A DNA stretch of 33,569 bases from Myxococcales bacterium. Lineage in GTDB: Bacteria > Myxococcota_A > Polyangia > Polyangiales > JADJMO01. Where the stretch lies: assembly GCA_021783935.1 (NCBI GenBank), contig JAJXTK010000002.1, positions 1 to 33,569 on the forward strand. The letters are read 5' to 3'. The translations under genes were made by a program, and so were the position numbers. The stretch's first letter is position 1, and every line of letters begins with the position of its first letter. This document shows positions 9,493 through 19,188 of this stretch, piece after piece. The notes beneath the pieces are model-generated. The model saw nothing but the letters and a program-made list of their open reading frames with translations, made no database searches and had not been told where the DNA came from.

Positions 9493-10135
9493 GGAGAATG
9501 CTCCCGCCCAGCGTGCACACGCGGGCGACCTGCGAGGTCGCCGCGTGGCGTCGCCGATCTCGCGCGATGCTTAGAGCAACCGAGGTGCCTGGATGTCCGT
9601 GCGCTCGCGAGCCGCCCGCGCATGGATGCGCTCTGCGCGAACTCCGCACTCCGCGGCGAGACGGACGAATTGTGCGCCGGGCACACGCTCGGCAGAGGCC
9701 CGACGGACGATCGGCGCACAACGAGCCCGCCCCGAGGCGCCGGCGTCACCGCTCGGCAGATCGTCCTCGCGACCGATGACCCACCGAGCCGAACGTCGCG
9801 CGGCACGAACGGCGCGGCCCGTCGTTGGCACCAGCGCGCCCCTCGCCGGCCCCCCCCCGGCACGCTCCTGTCGCGCATCCGGCCGCGCCCGGCGTCGCCG
9901 TGATGGCGCATTGCGCTACGACGCCGACGCTCCGGGATCGCTCGGTGATTCAAACGGGCGCATGCACAAATTTCCCGGCGGTCAAGGGGATTTCTCGTTG
10001 GTTCCAAGCGCGCAGACCGTGCGGGGCCGACGAAAATCACTCGCCGACGCGCAAACCTTGGGCGTTTCGGACCCATTTTCGCGACCCGCGGTGATGACGC
10101 GATCCGGCACGCGACTTGCCGTCAGCGCCCGCACG

Positions 10136-11917
10136 ATGGACGACCTCGTTATCGGTATGGCCGGCTCGGGCGGCGACGGCATCGTCAGCGCGGGCGAATC
10201 GTTGATCGCGGCAGCGGCGTACGAGGGGTACCACGCCATGATGACCAAGAGCTTCGGCTCGCAGGTCCGTGGCGGGGAATCTTCGTGTCGCGTACGCCTC
10301 TCCACGCGCCGGGTGCACAACCCCGGCAGCACGCTCGACGTCGCCGTCGCGCTGAACTGGGAGGACTTCCTGCGCTTCGGCGCGGAGCTCCCGGTCTCCG
10401 GCTCGACCGTCGTCATCTATGAATCCAGGACCGGCGTCGCGCCGGACAAGATCCCGCTCGTCGGCGTCGCGCCGAAGGAGGTCTTCGCCGTCCCGATCTC
10501 GGACATCGCGAAGCAGGCCGCGGGCACCGAGAAGGCCAAGAACACCGTCGTCCTCGGCCTCATCGCGGGCTGGTTCGGCATCGCGCGCGAGGCGATCCTC
10601 CGCGGCCTTCGCAAGAAGTTCATCAAGAAGGGCGAGGAGCTCGTCGCTTCCAACGAGCGCGCCTTCACGATGGGCGAGCAGTGGGCGAGGGAGCACCCGC
10701 TGCAGACGCCGCGCATGATGGACAAGGCCGCGTCGCACGCCGGCAAGAAGATGCTGATCGACGGCAACGACATGTGCGCCGCCGCAGCGATCTTCTCGGG
10801 CTGCCAGTTCTTCGGCGGCTACCCGATCACGCCGTCGACCGAGATCATGCAGTTCTTCACCCGCGAGGTCTGGAAGTACGGCGGCGCCGTCCTGCAGGCC
10901 GAAGACGAGATCGCGGGCGTCGGTGCGGCGCTCGGCGCCTCGATCGCCGGCAAGAAGGCGATGACGGCGACCTCGGGCCCCGGCCTTTCGCTCAAGACCG
11001 AGATCATGGGGCTCGCGAGCATCGCCGAGCTGCCGCTGGTCATCGTCGACGTGCAGCGCGGCGGTCCGTCCACCGGCCTGCCCACCAAGCCCGAGCAGGC
11101 CGACCTCTTCGCCGCGGCGTTCTCGGCGCACGGCGACGTGCTGCGCCCGGTCCTCGCGCCGACGTCGGTCGCCGACACGTTCGACATCACGGTCGAGGCG
11201 TTCAACCTCGCCGAGAAGTACCAGACCCCTGTCCTCATCCTCTCGGACCAGGAGGTCGCGCAGCGCAAGGAGACCGTCGATCCCATCGACACCGCGCGCT
11301 TCACCGTCATCGACCGCAAGCTGCCGACCGAGGCGGAGCTGAAGGACTACCACCGCTTCAAGCTCACCGAGGATCACGTGAGCCCGATCAGCCACCCCGG
11401 CATGAAGGGGGGCAACTACCAGGGCGCGGGCATCGAGCACAACGAGTCGGGCAACCCGACCGCGTCCGGCAAGATGCACGCGACGATGAACGACAAGCGC
11501 TTCAAGAAGCTGAAGCCGCTCCAGCGTCGCAGGGACCTCCACCGCATCGAGGGGAACCCGAGCGCGCCGCTCGCGCTCGTCGCGTGGGGCTCGGTCGCCG
11601 GCGTGGCGAAGGAGGCGTTCGACCGCGCGGTCGCCGAGGGGCTCGACGTGAAGCTGTTCGTGCCGCTGCTCGTCTGGCCGATCGCGGAGGAGATCTACCG
11701 GGACTTCTTCGCCTCCGTGAAGGGCGGGATCGTCGCCGAGCTCTCGCACCAGGGGCAGCTGTACCGGATGCTCCGCATGTACGTGGACGTGCCCGCCGGC
11801 GTGACGTCGTTCTGCCGCAGCGGCGCCAATCCGATTCAGCCTCTCGAGGTCGTCGCCAAGCTGCGCGAAGCCTCCATGGCCCTCCAGACGCCCCCCCAGA
11901 TCCCCTCCGAGGAGTAG
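10136..11917 (+). CDS. korA: 2-oxoacid (2-oxoglutarate-type):ferredoxin oxidoreductase, alpha subunit (fused gamma+alpha domains)
   Basis: The N-terminal gamma-like domain reads GSGGDGIVSAGE...MMTKSFGSQVRGGES. The alpha domain reads FFGGYPITPSTEIM, ATSGPGLSLK and QRGGPSTGLPTK. The start is uncertain: ATG 10136 is preferred and ATG 10094 is possible. The 774-aa track ORF start is rejected. Confidence 0.85.
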   Translation: MDDLVIGMAGSGGDGIVSAGESLIAAAAYEGYHAMMTKSFGSQVRGGESSCRVRLSTRRVHNPGSTLDVAVALNWEDFLRFGAELPVSGSTVVIYESRTGVAPDKIPLVGVAPKEVFAVPISDIAKQAAGTEKAKNTVVLGLIAGWFGIAREAILRGLRKKFIKKGEELVASNERAFTMGEQWAREHPLQTPRMMDKAASHAGKKMLIDGNDMCAAAAIFSGCQFFGGYPITPSTEIMQFFTREVWKYGGAVLQAEDEIAGVGAALGASIAGKKAMTATSGPGLSLKTEIMGLASIAELPLVIVDVQRGGPSTGLPTKPEQADLFAAAFSAHGDVLRPVLAPTSVADTFDITVEAFNLAEKYQTPVLILSDQEVAQRKETVDPIDTARFTVIDRKLPTEAELKDYHRFKLTEDHVSPISHPGMKGGNYQGAGIEHNESGNPTASGKMHATMNDKRFKKLKPLQRRRDLHRIEGNPSAPLALVAWGSVAGVAKEAFDRAVAEGLDVKLFVPLLVWPIAEEIYRDFFASVKGGIVAELSHQGQLYRMLRMYVDVPAGVTSFCRSGANPIQPLEVVAKLREASMALQTPPQIPSEE

Positions 11918-11921
11918 CCCC

Positions 11922-12806
11922 TTGAAAGAGCCGACGGTCCTTCCGACCTACCAAGCCAAGGACTTCAAGAGCGAGCTGAAGCCGATCTGGTGCCCCGGAT
12001 GCGGGGACTTCGGCGTGCTGCAGGCGATCTACCGCGCGCTGGCCGCCGTCGGTCGCGCCCCGCACGAGATCGCGTTCGTCTCCGGCATCGGCTGCTCGAG
12101 CCGCATCCCGGGCTACACGACCGCCTACGGCTTCAACAGCGTGCACGGTCGCGCGCTGCCGATCGCGCAGGGGATCAAGCTCGCCAACCCCGACCTGCTG
12201 GTCCTCGTCGCCGGCGGCGACGGCGACGGCTTCTCGATCGGCGGCGGCCACGTCCCGCACGCGATCCGGCGCAACATCGACCTCACGTACATCGTGATGG
12301 ACAACCAGATCTACGGGCTGACCAAGGGGCAGCTGTCGCCGACCTCGCCCAAGGGGCTGCACACGGTCACGAGCGATCTCGGCAGCCTCGAGGAGCCGGT
12401 GAACCCGCTGCTCTACACCCTCGCGTACGGCGCGGGCTTCGTGGCGCAGGGCACGCCCGCCGACATGGCCGGCCTCGCCGACATCATCGAGGAGGCGATT
12501 CGCTACCCGGGCTTCTCGCTGGTCAACGTCCAGTCGCCGTGCGTCACGTTCGGCGAGGACGACAATCAGGTGAAGGCGCACCGGGCTGCGATGAAGCCGC
12601 TGAGCTCGATCGGCCACGACCCGACCAACCGCATCGCCGCCATGGACCTCGCGCAGCAGTACGGCAAGGCGCTGCACACGGGCGTGTTCTTCAAGAACCC
12701 GTCGCCGCCTCCGACCTACGATGCGCTCGTCCGCGAGCGTCAGCGGAGCCTGGCCGAGAAGGCCGTGCCGCGCGAGCGCCTGCTCGACATGTTCGTCCAG
12801 AAGTAG
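11922..12806 (+). CDS. korB: 2-oxoacid:ferredoxin oxidoreductase, beta (TPP-binding) subunit
   Basis: TTG start 9 nt after GAGGAG. Motifs WCPGCGDFG, SGIGCSSR, GGDGDGFSIGGGH and MDNQIYGLTKGQ. Confidence 0.9.
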   Translation: MKEPTVLPTYQAKDFKSELKPIWCPGCGDFGVLQAIYRALAAVGRAPHEIAFVSGIGCSSRIPGYTTAYGFNSVHGRALPIAQGIKLANPDLLVLVAGGDGDGFSIGGGHVPHAIRRNIDLTYIVMDNQIYGLTKGQLSPTSPKGLHTVTSDLGSLEEPVNPLLYTLAYGAGFVAQGTPADMAGLADIIEEAIRYPGFSLVNVQSPCVTFGEDDNQVKAHRAAMKPLSSIGHDPTNRIAAMDLAQQYGKALHTGVFFKNPSPPPTYDALVRERQRSLAEKAVPRERLLDMFVQK

Positions 12807-12815
12807 GGAGCCCCC

Positions 12816-13343
12816 ATGGACAAGACCCGGAAGATCGACTTCGCCACGATCGGCCTTCGCGACGCGCTCGACCTCGCCGTCCTCATCGAGGAGGAGGCGA
12901 AGGAGCGCTACGAAGAGTTCGCCGACTCGATGGAGAAGCACCACACCCCGGCCGCGGCGAAGTTCTTCCGCTTCATGCGGGGCATCGAGGAGCTCCACGA
13001 GGCGAAGCTCAAGGGGCAGCGGAGCGAGCTCTTCGGCGACGCGCGCCGCGTGGTCACCCGCGAGATGATCTACGACATCGAGGCCCCCGAGACGGGCGAG
13101 CCGCGCACGCACATGACGGCGCGCGCGGCGCTCGAGATCGCCCTCGGCGCCGAGACCAAGGCCCGCGCGTTCTTCGAGCAGGCGATCGAGCGGGTCAAGG
13201 ACTCGTCCGTCGGCTCGCTCTTCGAAGAGCTGCGCGACGAAGAGATCGAGCATCAGGAGCTCGTGAGGAAGATGATCGCGAAGCTCCCCCCCGAGGACGC
13301 CGGCGACATCCGCGACTACGAGGATCCGCCGGTCACGCTCTGA
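12816..13343 (+). CDS. Rubrerythrin/ferritin-like di-iron protein (no rubredoxin domain)
   Basis: A four-helix pattern with paired E...ExxH motifs (EEEAKERYEEF, EELHEAK, ETKARAFFEQA, DEEIEHQEL). It starts 9 nt after the korB stop and has a GGGAG RBS. Confidence 0.7.
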   Translation: MDKTRKIDFATIGLRDALDLAVLIEEEAKERYEEFADSMEKHHTPAAAKFFRFMRGIEELHEAKLKGQRSELFGDARRVVTREMIYDIEAPETGEPRTHMTARAALEIALGAETKARAFFEQAIERVKDSSVGSLFEELRDEEIEHQELVRKMIAKLPPEDAGDIRDYEDPPVTL

Positions 13344-13416
13344 TCTCGGTCTCGCGCTCGGCCGCAGCGACGGTCGAGCGCGCGTGCCCCGCGCCGCCGG
13401 GAGGGTAAGGTTGAGC

Positions 13417-13863
13417 ATGACACCGAGCGAGATTCGCAAGGAGCTCTTGGAGCAGCACGCGAGCCTTCGGTCGAAGATCGACGCCACGCGCGCCTCCGCC
13501 GAGCGCTGGCAGCGCGGCGAGCCCGCGCGCGAGGAGCTGCGCAGCAACCTCGCCCTGCTCGCCGAGGGGGTGCGCGCCCACAACCGCCGCGAGGAGGAGC
13601 TCCTCCGCGAGGTGATCCCCGGCGCCGACGCGTGGGGGCAGGCGCGCGCGGAGGTCATGGAGGAGTCGCACGTGCAGGAGCACAAGGCCATCTACGAGGC
13701 GCTGATCGACGCCGGCGCGGCGTCCGAGGCGGCGGCCGGAGTGCCCCCCGTGCTCAAGCTCCTCGACGCGATGCTCGATCACATCCAGCACGAGGAGGCG
13801 TCGTTCCTCGGCGCCGACGTGCTGCGAGACGACGCGGTCACGCCGGACTTCTTCGGAGGCTGA
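13417..13863 (+). CDS. Hemerythrin-like (HHE cation-binding) domain protein
   Basis: His/Glu-containing segments along helices (QHASL, AHNRREEEL, ESHVQEHKAIYE, DHIQHEEASF), of which the last two match the H..xxxE / HxxxHxxxxE pattern. ATG 13417 follows GGGAGGGTAAGG. Confidence 0.65.
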   Translation: MTPSEIRKELLEQHASLRSKIDATRASAERWQRGEPAREELRSNLALLAEGVRAHNRREEELLREVIPGADAWGQARAEVMEESHVQEHKAIYEALIDAGAASEAAAGVPPVLKLLDAMLDHIQHEEASFLGADVLRDDAVTPDFFGG

Positions 13864-13884
13864 AGGCCTCGCCGCTCGCGCACA

Positions 13885-13915
13885 CGAAGGCCGCTCCACG
13901 CAGGGGCGGCCTTCG
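13885..13915. terminator. Hairpin between the convergent hemerythrin-like gene and nuoN (possible bidirectional terminator)
   Basis: CGAAGGCCGC-(11 nt)-GCGGCCTTCG forms a perfect 10-bp stem. It is followed by TCGCTTTCG on the + strand. Confidence 0.5.
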
Positions 13916-14016
13916 TCGCTTTCGAAGCGTCGCGCCCGCGTCGCCGCTCCCATGCACCGAGGGAGCGAGCTTCGCGGGCGCAGCGGCGCCGTCGTGGGCG
14001 CCCCCTCGACGAGCGC

Positions 14017-15522
14017 TCAGCGCCGCGTCAGATGCCCGGCCCCCTGCCCCGCCTGCACCGGCGCGACGAGCTCCGCGCCCGCGCGCGTCGACGCCTCGAC
14101 GAGCCCGCGCGGCCAGAGGCCGAGCCCGACCACCGCGAGGAAGCACAGGCCGATCGCGAGCTGCAGCGCGGGGGCCGGCTTCGGCGTCGGCAGATCCCCC
14201 TCGTCGGTCATGTAGGCCGCGCGCAGGATGCGCAGATAGTAGAAGAGGCCGATGACGGCGAGCACGATGCCGGAGACCACCAGCGCGACCTGCCCCGCGC
14301 GCCACGCCGCGAGGAACACGTAGAGCTTCGCCCAGAACCCGATCACGAACGGGATCCCCGCGAGCGAGAGCAGGAACATCAGCATCGCGAGCGCGAGCGG
14401 GGGCGAGCGGCGCGAGAGCCCCGACATCGACTCGAACCCGTAGCCGCCGCCGGCCTCCGCCGTCGTGTGCAGCACGAGGAACGCGCCGAGGTTGGTGAAC
14501 AGGTAGCCCGTCAGGAAGAAGAGCACCATGCCGAGCCCGTACGCGTCGCTCGCCGCGAGCCCGACCAGCACGTAGCCCATCTGCGCGACGCCCGAGTAGC
14601 CGAGCATGCGGCGCAGATCGGTCTGCGGCAGCGCGAGCAGGTTGCCGACGCCCATCGACAGGAACGCGATGATCGCCAGCGGCGGCAGCCACACGTCCTT
14701 CTGCGCCCCGAGCCCGAAGAGGAAGATCGAGGCGAGAACCGACATGCCCGCCGCCTTCGGCGCGACGCTCAGGAACGCGACGAAGGGCGTCGAGGCCCCC
14801 TGGTAGGTGTCGGGCACCCACATATGGAAGGGCACCATGCCGATCTTGTAGCCGAGCCCGCCGAGCACGAAGACGAGCCCCAACGCCGCGAGCGGCGTGA
14901 GCGGCGCCTGCGAGAGCAGGTCGAGCTTCGTGGTGCCCTGCATGCCGGTGAGCAGCGCGAGGCCGAAGAGCGTGATCGCGGAGCTGGTCGCGCCGACCAG
15001 GTACAGCTTGAAGCCGGCCTCGGCGGCGTACCCCTTCGGCTCTCGCCCCGCGCCGGTCGGCTGCGCGTCGGTCTTCGAGTACGCCGCCATGATGTAGAGC
15101 GGGATCCCCATCAGCTCGAAGGCGACGATGATGAGCAGCAGATCGCGCGCGCCGGGGAGGATCGTCATGCCGACGAGGCTCGAGAGGAGCATCAGCCAGA
15201 ACTCGCCCTGGCGACGCGGCGTGCGCTTCTGGACGTCGTCGAGGCCGCCGAGCGCGCCGAGCAGGCCGGCCGCGAGGAACAGGCGCTGCAGGTAGGTCGC
15301 GAAGTAGCTCTGACGGTAGGCTCCGTGCATCGCGGTGCCGGTCGGCTCGTAGACGAAGGTCCCGACGAGCAGCGACACGAGGCCGAAGACGACGAGCCAG
15401 CCGACGATCGGCGCCGGCTGCTGCTTCGCGCGCGGCGGCGGGAGCATCAGATCGACGAGCAGCGCGACGACGGCGAGCGCCACCACCGCCAGCGGGAGCC
15501 AGAGGACTTGCAGCTCTTTCAC
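14017..15522 (-). CDS. nuoN: NADH:quinone oxidoreductase-type complex I subunit N
   Basis: A polytopic antiporter-like protein that is last in the operon. Its GTG start at 15522 overlaps the nuoM TGA (GTGA). The 936-aa track ORF is an upstream read-through of this frame. Confidence 0.88.
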   Translation of the reverse strand: MKELQVLWLPLAVVALAVVALLVDLMLPPPRAKQQPAPIVGWLVVFGLVSLLVGTFVYEPTGTAMHGAYRQSYFATYLQRLFLAAGLLGALGGLDDVQKRTPRRQGEFWLMLLSSLVGMTILPGARDLLLIIVAFELMGIPLYIMAAYSKTDAQPTGAGREPKGYAAEAGFKLYLVGATSSAITLFGLALLTGMQGTTKLDLLSQAPLTPLAALGLVFVLGGLGYKIGMVPFHMWVPDTYQGASTPFVAFLSVAPKAAGMSVLASIFLFGLGAQKDVWLPPLAIIAFLSMGVGNLLALPQTDLRRMLGYSGVAQMGYVLVGLAASDAYGLGMVLFFLTGYLFTNLGAFLVLHTTAEAGGGYGFESMSGLSRRSPPLALAMLMFLLSLAGIPFVIGFWAKLYVFLAAWRAGQVALVVSGIVLAVIGLFYYLRILRAAYMTDEGDLPTPKPAPALQLAIGLCFLAVVGLGLWPRGLVEASTRAGAELVAPVQAGQGAGHLTRR

Positions 15523-17072
15523 GGGAGCCTCGCGAGCGTCGCGACCGGCGCGAGCACCTTGCCGAGGTGCTCGACGCTGCCGGGTTCGATGTAGTCGAGG
15601 ATGAGCCGAGGCCAGAACCCGAGGATGACCAGCCCCGCGCCGAGGATCACCAGCGCGCCCCACTCGGTCTTCTTCGGGTCCGACAGCTCGTGGAAGTCGT
15701 GGCTCGGCCCCTCGCCCCAGAAGATCGTGCGCGTCGCGCGCAGCACGTAGATCGCGGTGACGAAGGCGCCGAGCACGCCCGGGATCGCCCACAGGTAATG
15801 GCCGCTCTTCCAGGCGCCGAGGAAGACCATGAACTCGGAGACGAACCCCGCGGTGCCGGGGAGGCCGAGCGACGAGAGGCAGCCGAGCGTGAAGAACGCG
15901 GCGACGGCGGGCATCACGTTCGCGAAGCCGCCCATCTTGAGGATCGCGCGGGTGTGCGCGCGCTCGTAGACCAGGCCGACCAGGGCGAAGAAGAGCCCCG
16001 TCATGATGCCGTGGGCGACCATCTGGAAGACCGCGCCGTTCCAGCCTGCGGGGGTCAGCGTGGCGGCGCCGAGCATGACGATGCCCATGTGGCTCACCGA
16101 GCTGTAGGCGATGATGTACTTGAGGTCCGTCTGGCTCATCGCCGCGAACGCGCCGTAGAGCACGTTGATCGCCGCGACCGCGCCGACCACCGGCACCCAG
16201 AAGCGTGCCCCCTCCGGGAGGATCACCATGCCGATGCGCATCACGCCGAACGCACCGAGCTTCATGAGCACGCCCGCGTGGAGCATCGAGACGGCCGTCG
16301 GCGCCGAGGCGTGGCCGTCGGGCGACCAGGTGTGGAACGGGAAGACGCCGGCGAGGGTGCCGAAGCCGAGCCACACGAGCGGGAAGACGACGATCTGCGT
16401 TTGACGGTCGTACTTCGTGGCGCCGAGCACGCCGAGGTCGAAGGTGGTGCCGCCCGCCTTGAGGTACATGACGAAGAGCGCCGCCATGATCGCGGCCGAG
16501 CCGACGAGCAGCATCAGCGTCAGCTTCATCGCCGCGTACTGCTTGCCGCCGATGTCGAACAGCTTCCAGACGAACTTGAACGGCCCCTTCGGCGGCACCT
16601 TGTGGCTCGAGCCCCAGATGCCGATGAGCACGTACATCGGCAGCACGGCGATCTCGTAGAACAGGAAGAAGACGAGCAGGTCCTGCGAGACGAACACGCC
16701 GAAGACGCCGGCGGTGAGCACCAGGAGCAGCACGAAGAATTCGCGGTCGCGGGTCTTCACCGTCCAGCTCGCGAGCACGCCCGCGAAGAGGATGACGCCG
16801 GTGAGCACCAGCAGCGGCCCGCCCCAACCGTCGACGGCGAGCTTGAGGTGCACCCCCATCGACGGCACGAGCGGGTAGTCCTCGACGCGCTGCAGGCCGC
16901 CGAGCGCGGTGTCGTAGCTGCGGATGGCGACGAGGCTCCCGGCGAACGAGATCGTCGCGCCGATGAGCGACCAGACGCGGATCGCGAGCTTCGCGGTCTG
17001 CGGCGTGAGCATCACGAACAGCGCGGCGATGGCCGGCGCCGCCACGATGATGGACAACAGATGCGAGTTCAT
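15519..17072 (-). CDS. nuoM: Complex I subunit M
   Basis: An antiporter-like subunit with typical HAGVLMKLG and SSVSHMG motifs. Its ATG 17072 overlaps the nuoL stop (ATGA). Confidence 0.9.
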   Translation of the reverse strand: MNSHLLSIIVAAPAIAALFVMLTPQTAKLAIRVWSLIGATISFAGSLVAIRSYDTALGGLQRVEDYPLVPSMGVHLKLAVDGWGGPLLVLTGVILFAGVLASWTVKTRDREFFVLLLVLTAGVFGVFVSQDLLVFFLFYEIAVLPMYVLIGIWGSSHKVPPKGPFKFVWKLFDIGGKQYAAMKLTLMLLVGSAAIMAALFVMYLKAGGTTFDLGVLGATKYDRQTQIVVFPLVWLGFGTLAGVFPFHTWSPDGHASAPTAVSMLHAGVLMKLGAFGVMRIGMVILPEGARFWVPVVGAVAAINVLYGAFAAMSQTDLKYIIAYSSVSHMGIVMLGAATLTPAGWNGAVFQMVAHGIMTGLFFALVGLVYERAHTRAILKMGGFANVMPAVAAFFTLGCLSSLGLPGTAGFVSEFMVFLGAWKSGHYLWAIPGVLGAFVTAIYVLRATRTIFWGEGPSHDFHELSDPKKTEWGALVILGAGLVILGFWPRLILDYIEPGSVEHLGKVLAPVATLARLP

Positions 17073-18892
17073 CGCCAGCTCCCGAAGACCGCCCATACCG
17101 CGAGACCGACGACGCCCAGCACGACGGCGAGCACGTAGTCGGGCGCGAGCCCCGTCTGGATCGGCCGCAACTTGCGGCCCCCCTCGATCGCGCCCCAGCC
17201 GAGCAGGTTGATGAGCCCGTCGACGACGTAGCGATCGATGAAGGCGAGCCCGTCGGCGAGGACGAGCGTCACATTCCTAAAGCCCCACTCGTACACGCGG
17301 TTGACCGCGCGGGTCTTGGCGACGCGATCGATCATGGCGATCGGCGCCGGCACCGCGGCGCGCGGCCCGCGTCCGTAGACCGCGTACGCGAGCCCGATGC
17401 CGGCGAGGCCGAGCGCGGAGGCCGTCGCGGGGCCGGCGCCGAACGCGAAGTGGTAGGGCTCGCCTTGCACTTTTGCGAACGTCGCGCCGAAGTAGCCCGC
17501 GACGACCGTCGGCACCATCAGCACCACCAGCGGCCCGCTCATGGACGGCCCCGACTCGTGCGCGTGGGCAGCCTTCTCGCCCGAGGGCTTGCCGAAGAAG
17601 GCCACGAAGACGACCTTGCCCATGTAGAACGCCGTCAGGAACGCGGTCAGCATGAGCACCGCGTACGGCACGTTGCCGAGCTTCCCCTCGACCGACTCGA
17701 GCACCAGATCCTTGCTGAAGAAGCCCGAGAGCCCCGGCACGCCCGCGAGCGCGAGCGCGCCGACCGAGAAGGCCGTGGCCGTGAGCGGCATCCTCTTGGC
17801 GAGCCCGCCCATGTCGGTGATCTCGTTCGAGTGCACCGCGTGGATCGCGCTGCCGGCGGCGAGGAAGAGCAGCGCCTTGAAGAAGGCGTGCGTCGTGAGG
17901 TGGAAGAAGCCGCCGAGCATCGAGCCGGCGCCGAGCGCGGCGACCATGTAGCCGAGCTGCGAGCAGGTCGAGTAGGCGAGGGTCTTCTTGATGTCGGTCT
18001 GCACCAGCGCGAGCAGCGCCGCGAAGAGCGCCGTGGCGGCGCCGAGGCCGAGCATGATCGACCGCGTGATGGGGGCCTGCTCGAAGAGCGGGTTGGCGCG
18101 CACGACGAGGAACACGCCGGCCGCGACCATCGTCGCCGCGTGAAGCAGCGCCGAGACGGGCGTCGGGCCCTCCATCGCGTCGGGGAGCCAGACGTGCAGC
18201 GGGAACTGCGCCGACTTGCCGACGACCGCGAGGAAGAAGAGCAGCGTGACGGCGGTGGCGACCGGCGGCGAGAGCGTCGGCTCCCAGCCGAAGGTGCCCG
18301 ACGCGGCGAAGAGCACCAGCAGGCCGAAGAGCAGCCCCATGTCCGCGAACTTGGTGACCCAGAACGCCTTGACGGCCGCGCGCGCCGCGCTCGGCTTCTT
18401 GAAGTAGAACCCGATGAGCAGGTAGCTCGTGACGCCGACCAGCTCCCACCCCGCGAAGAGCTGGAGGATGTTCGGCGCGACCACCAAGAGGTTCATCGAG
18501 AAGAGGAACAGCGCGTGGTAGGTGAAGTAGCGCCCGTAGGCCTCGGGCGGCTCATCGTGCATGTAGCCGATCGAGAAGACCTGCACGCACGTCGCGACGA
18601 GCGTGACGACGACCAGCATCGAGGCGGAGACGCCGTCGACGTGCACGCCCACCTCGGCGATCGTCGAGGCGCCGCTGCCGATCCACGGCACGACGAGCCG
18701 ATGGGTCGCGTCGTCGTGGAGGCGATCGGTGAAGAGCGTGATGGCGGCGCCGAGCGAGACGAGCGATCCGAGGATCGCGACCACCGCGGCCGGCTGCCCC
18801 TTCTTGCGGAGCGGGTAGAGGATCGCGAGCAGCAGCGCCGCGATCGCGGGGGTCCAGAGCGCGACGAGCGCGTACAGCACCGGGGGGGTCAT
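17069..18892 (-). CDS. nuoL: Complex I subunit L
   Basis: 607 aa antiporter-like subunit (FAGWELVGVTSYLLIGF, SAQFPLHVWLPDAMEGPTPVSALLHAATMV) with a C-terminal lateral-helix region. Its ATG overlaps the nuoK stop. Confidence 0.92.
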   Translation of the reverse strand: MTPPVLYALVALWTPAIAALLLAILYPLRKKGQPAAVVAILGSLVSLGAAITLFTDRLHDDATHRLVVPWIGSGASTIAEVGVHVDGVSASMLVVVTLVATCVQVFSIGYMHDEPPEAYGRYFTYHALFLFSMNLLVVAPNILQLFAGWELVGVTSYLLIGFYFKKPSAARAAVKAFWVTKFADMGLLFGLLVLFAASGTFGWEPTLSPPVATAVTLLFFLAVVGKSAQFPLHVWLPDAMEGPTPVSALLHAATMVAAGVFLVVRANPLFEQAPITRSIMLGLGAATALFAALLALVQTDIKKTLAYSTCSQLGYMVAALGAGSMLGGFFHLTTHAFFKALLFLAAGSAIHAVHSNEITDMGGLAKRMPLTATAFSVGALALAGVPGLSGFFSKDLVLESVEGKLGNVPYAVLMLTAFLTAFYMGKVVFVAFFGKPSGEKAAHAHESGPSMSGPLVVLMVPTVVAGYFGATFAKVQGEPYHFAFGAGPATASALGLAGIGLAYAVYGRGPRAAVPAPIAMIDRVAKTRAVNRVYEWGFRNVTLVLADGLAFIDRYVVDGLINLLGWGAIEGGRKLRPIQTGLAPDYVLAVVLGVVGLAVWAVFGSWR

Positions 18893-19188
18893 TGCTTGAG
18901 CTCGCTTGCGAGGTCCACGCGCGTGTCGGCGTGGCTGCGGTAGAGGAGGATCACGAGGGCGAGGCCGACGGCGACCTCTGCGACCGTGATCGCGAGCGAG
19001 AAGAGCGCGAACACCTGGCCGGTCACGCCGCCGCGGAAGCGGCTCATCGCGATGAAGACGAGGTTCGCCGCGTTCGCCATCAGCTCCACCGAGAGCAAGA
19101 TCGCGATCGCCTGGCGCCGCGTGAGCAGGCCGTAGACCCCGACGCAGAAGAGCGCCGAGGCGAGCATCAGGACGTGCGAGAGCGTCAT
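18889..19188 (-). CDS. nuoK: Complex I subunit K
   Basis: 99 aa protein with three TM helices (LLSVELMANAANL...AEVAVGLAL). ATGA overlaps occur on both sides. Confidence 0.9.
   Translation of the reverse strand: MTLSHVLMLASALFCVGVYGLLTRRQAIAILLSVELMANAANLVFIAMSRFRGGVTGQVFALFSLAITVAEVAVGLALVILLYRSHADTRVDLASELKQ

Noticed and set aside
9990-10010. A sigma-54-like GG-N10-GC spacing (TTGGTTCCAAGCGCGCA) upstream of korA, and TGGCACCAGCGCGCC near 9826.
   Set aside because: Only the GG/GC dinucleotides match, and the flanking consensus bases do not. Such matches are expected by chance in GC-rich DNA.
9593-10135. The 774-aa version of korA starting at 9593.
   Set aside because: The added ~180 residues are Arg/Ala/Pro-rich with no similarity to KorA N-termini. 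The gamma-domain motif begins right after ATG 10136.
14032-18943. Very long + strand ORFs (14032-15594, 15567-17138, 17450-18943) opposite nuoN/M/L. Similar mirror ORFs occur opposite korA (10037-11749), dapE (6754-7860), ruvB (7944-9032) and nuoD (21747-22925).
   Set aside because: They are Arg/Asp/Glu/His/Gly-rich with no motifs, and they lie antisense to genes with unmistakable family signatures. This is the usual stop-codon-poor shadow-frame artefact of ~70% G+C DNA.
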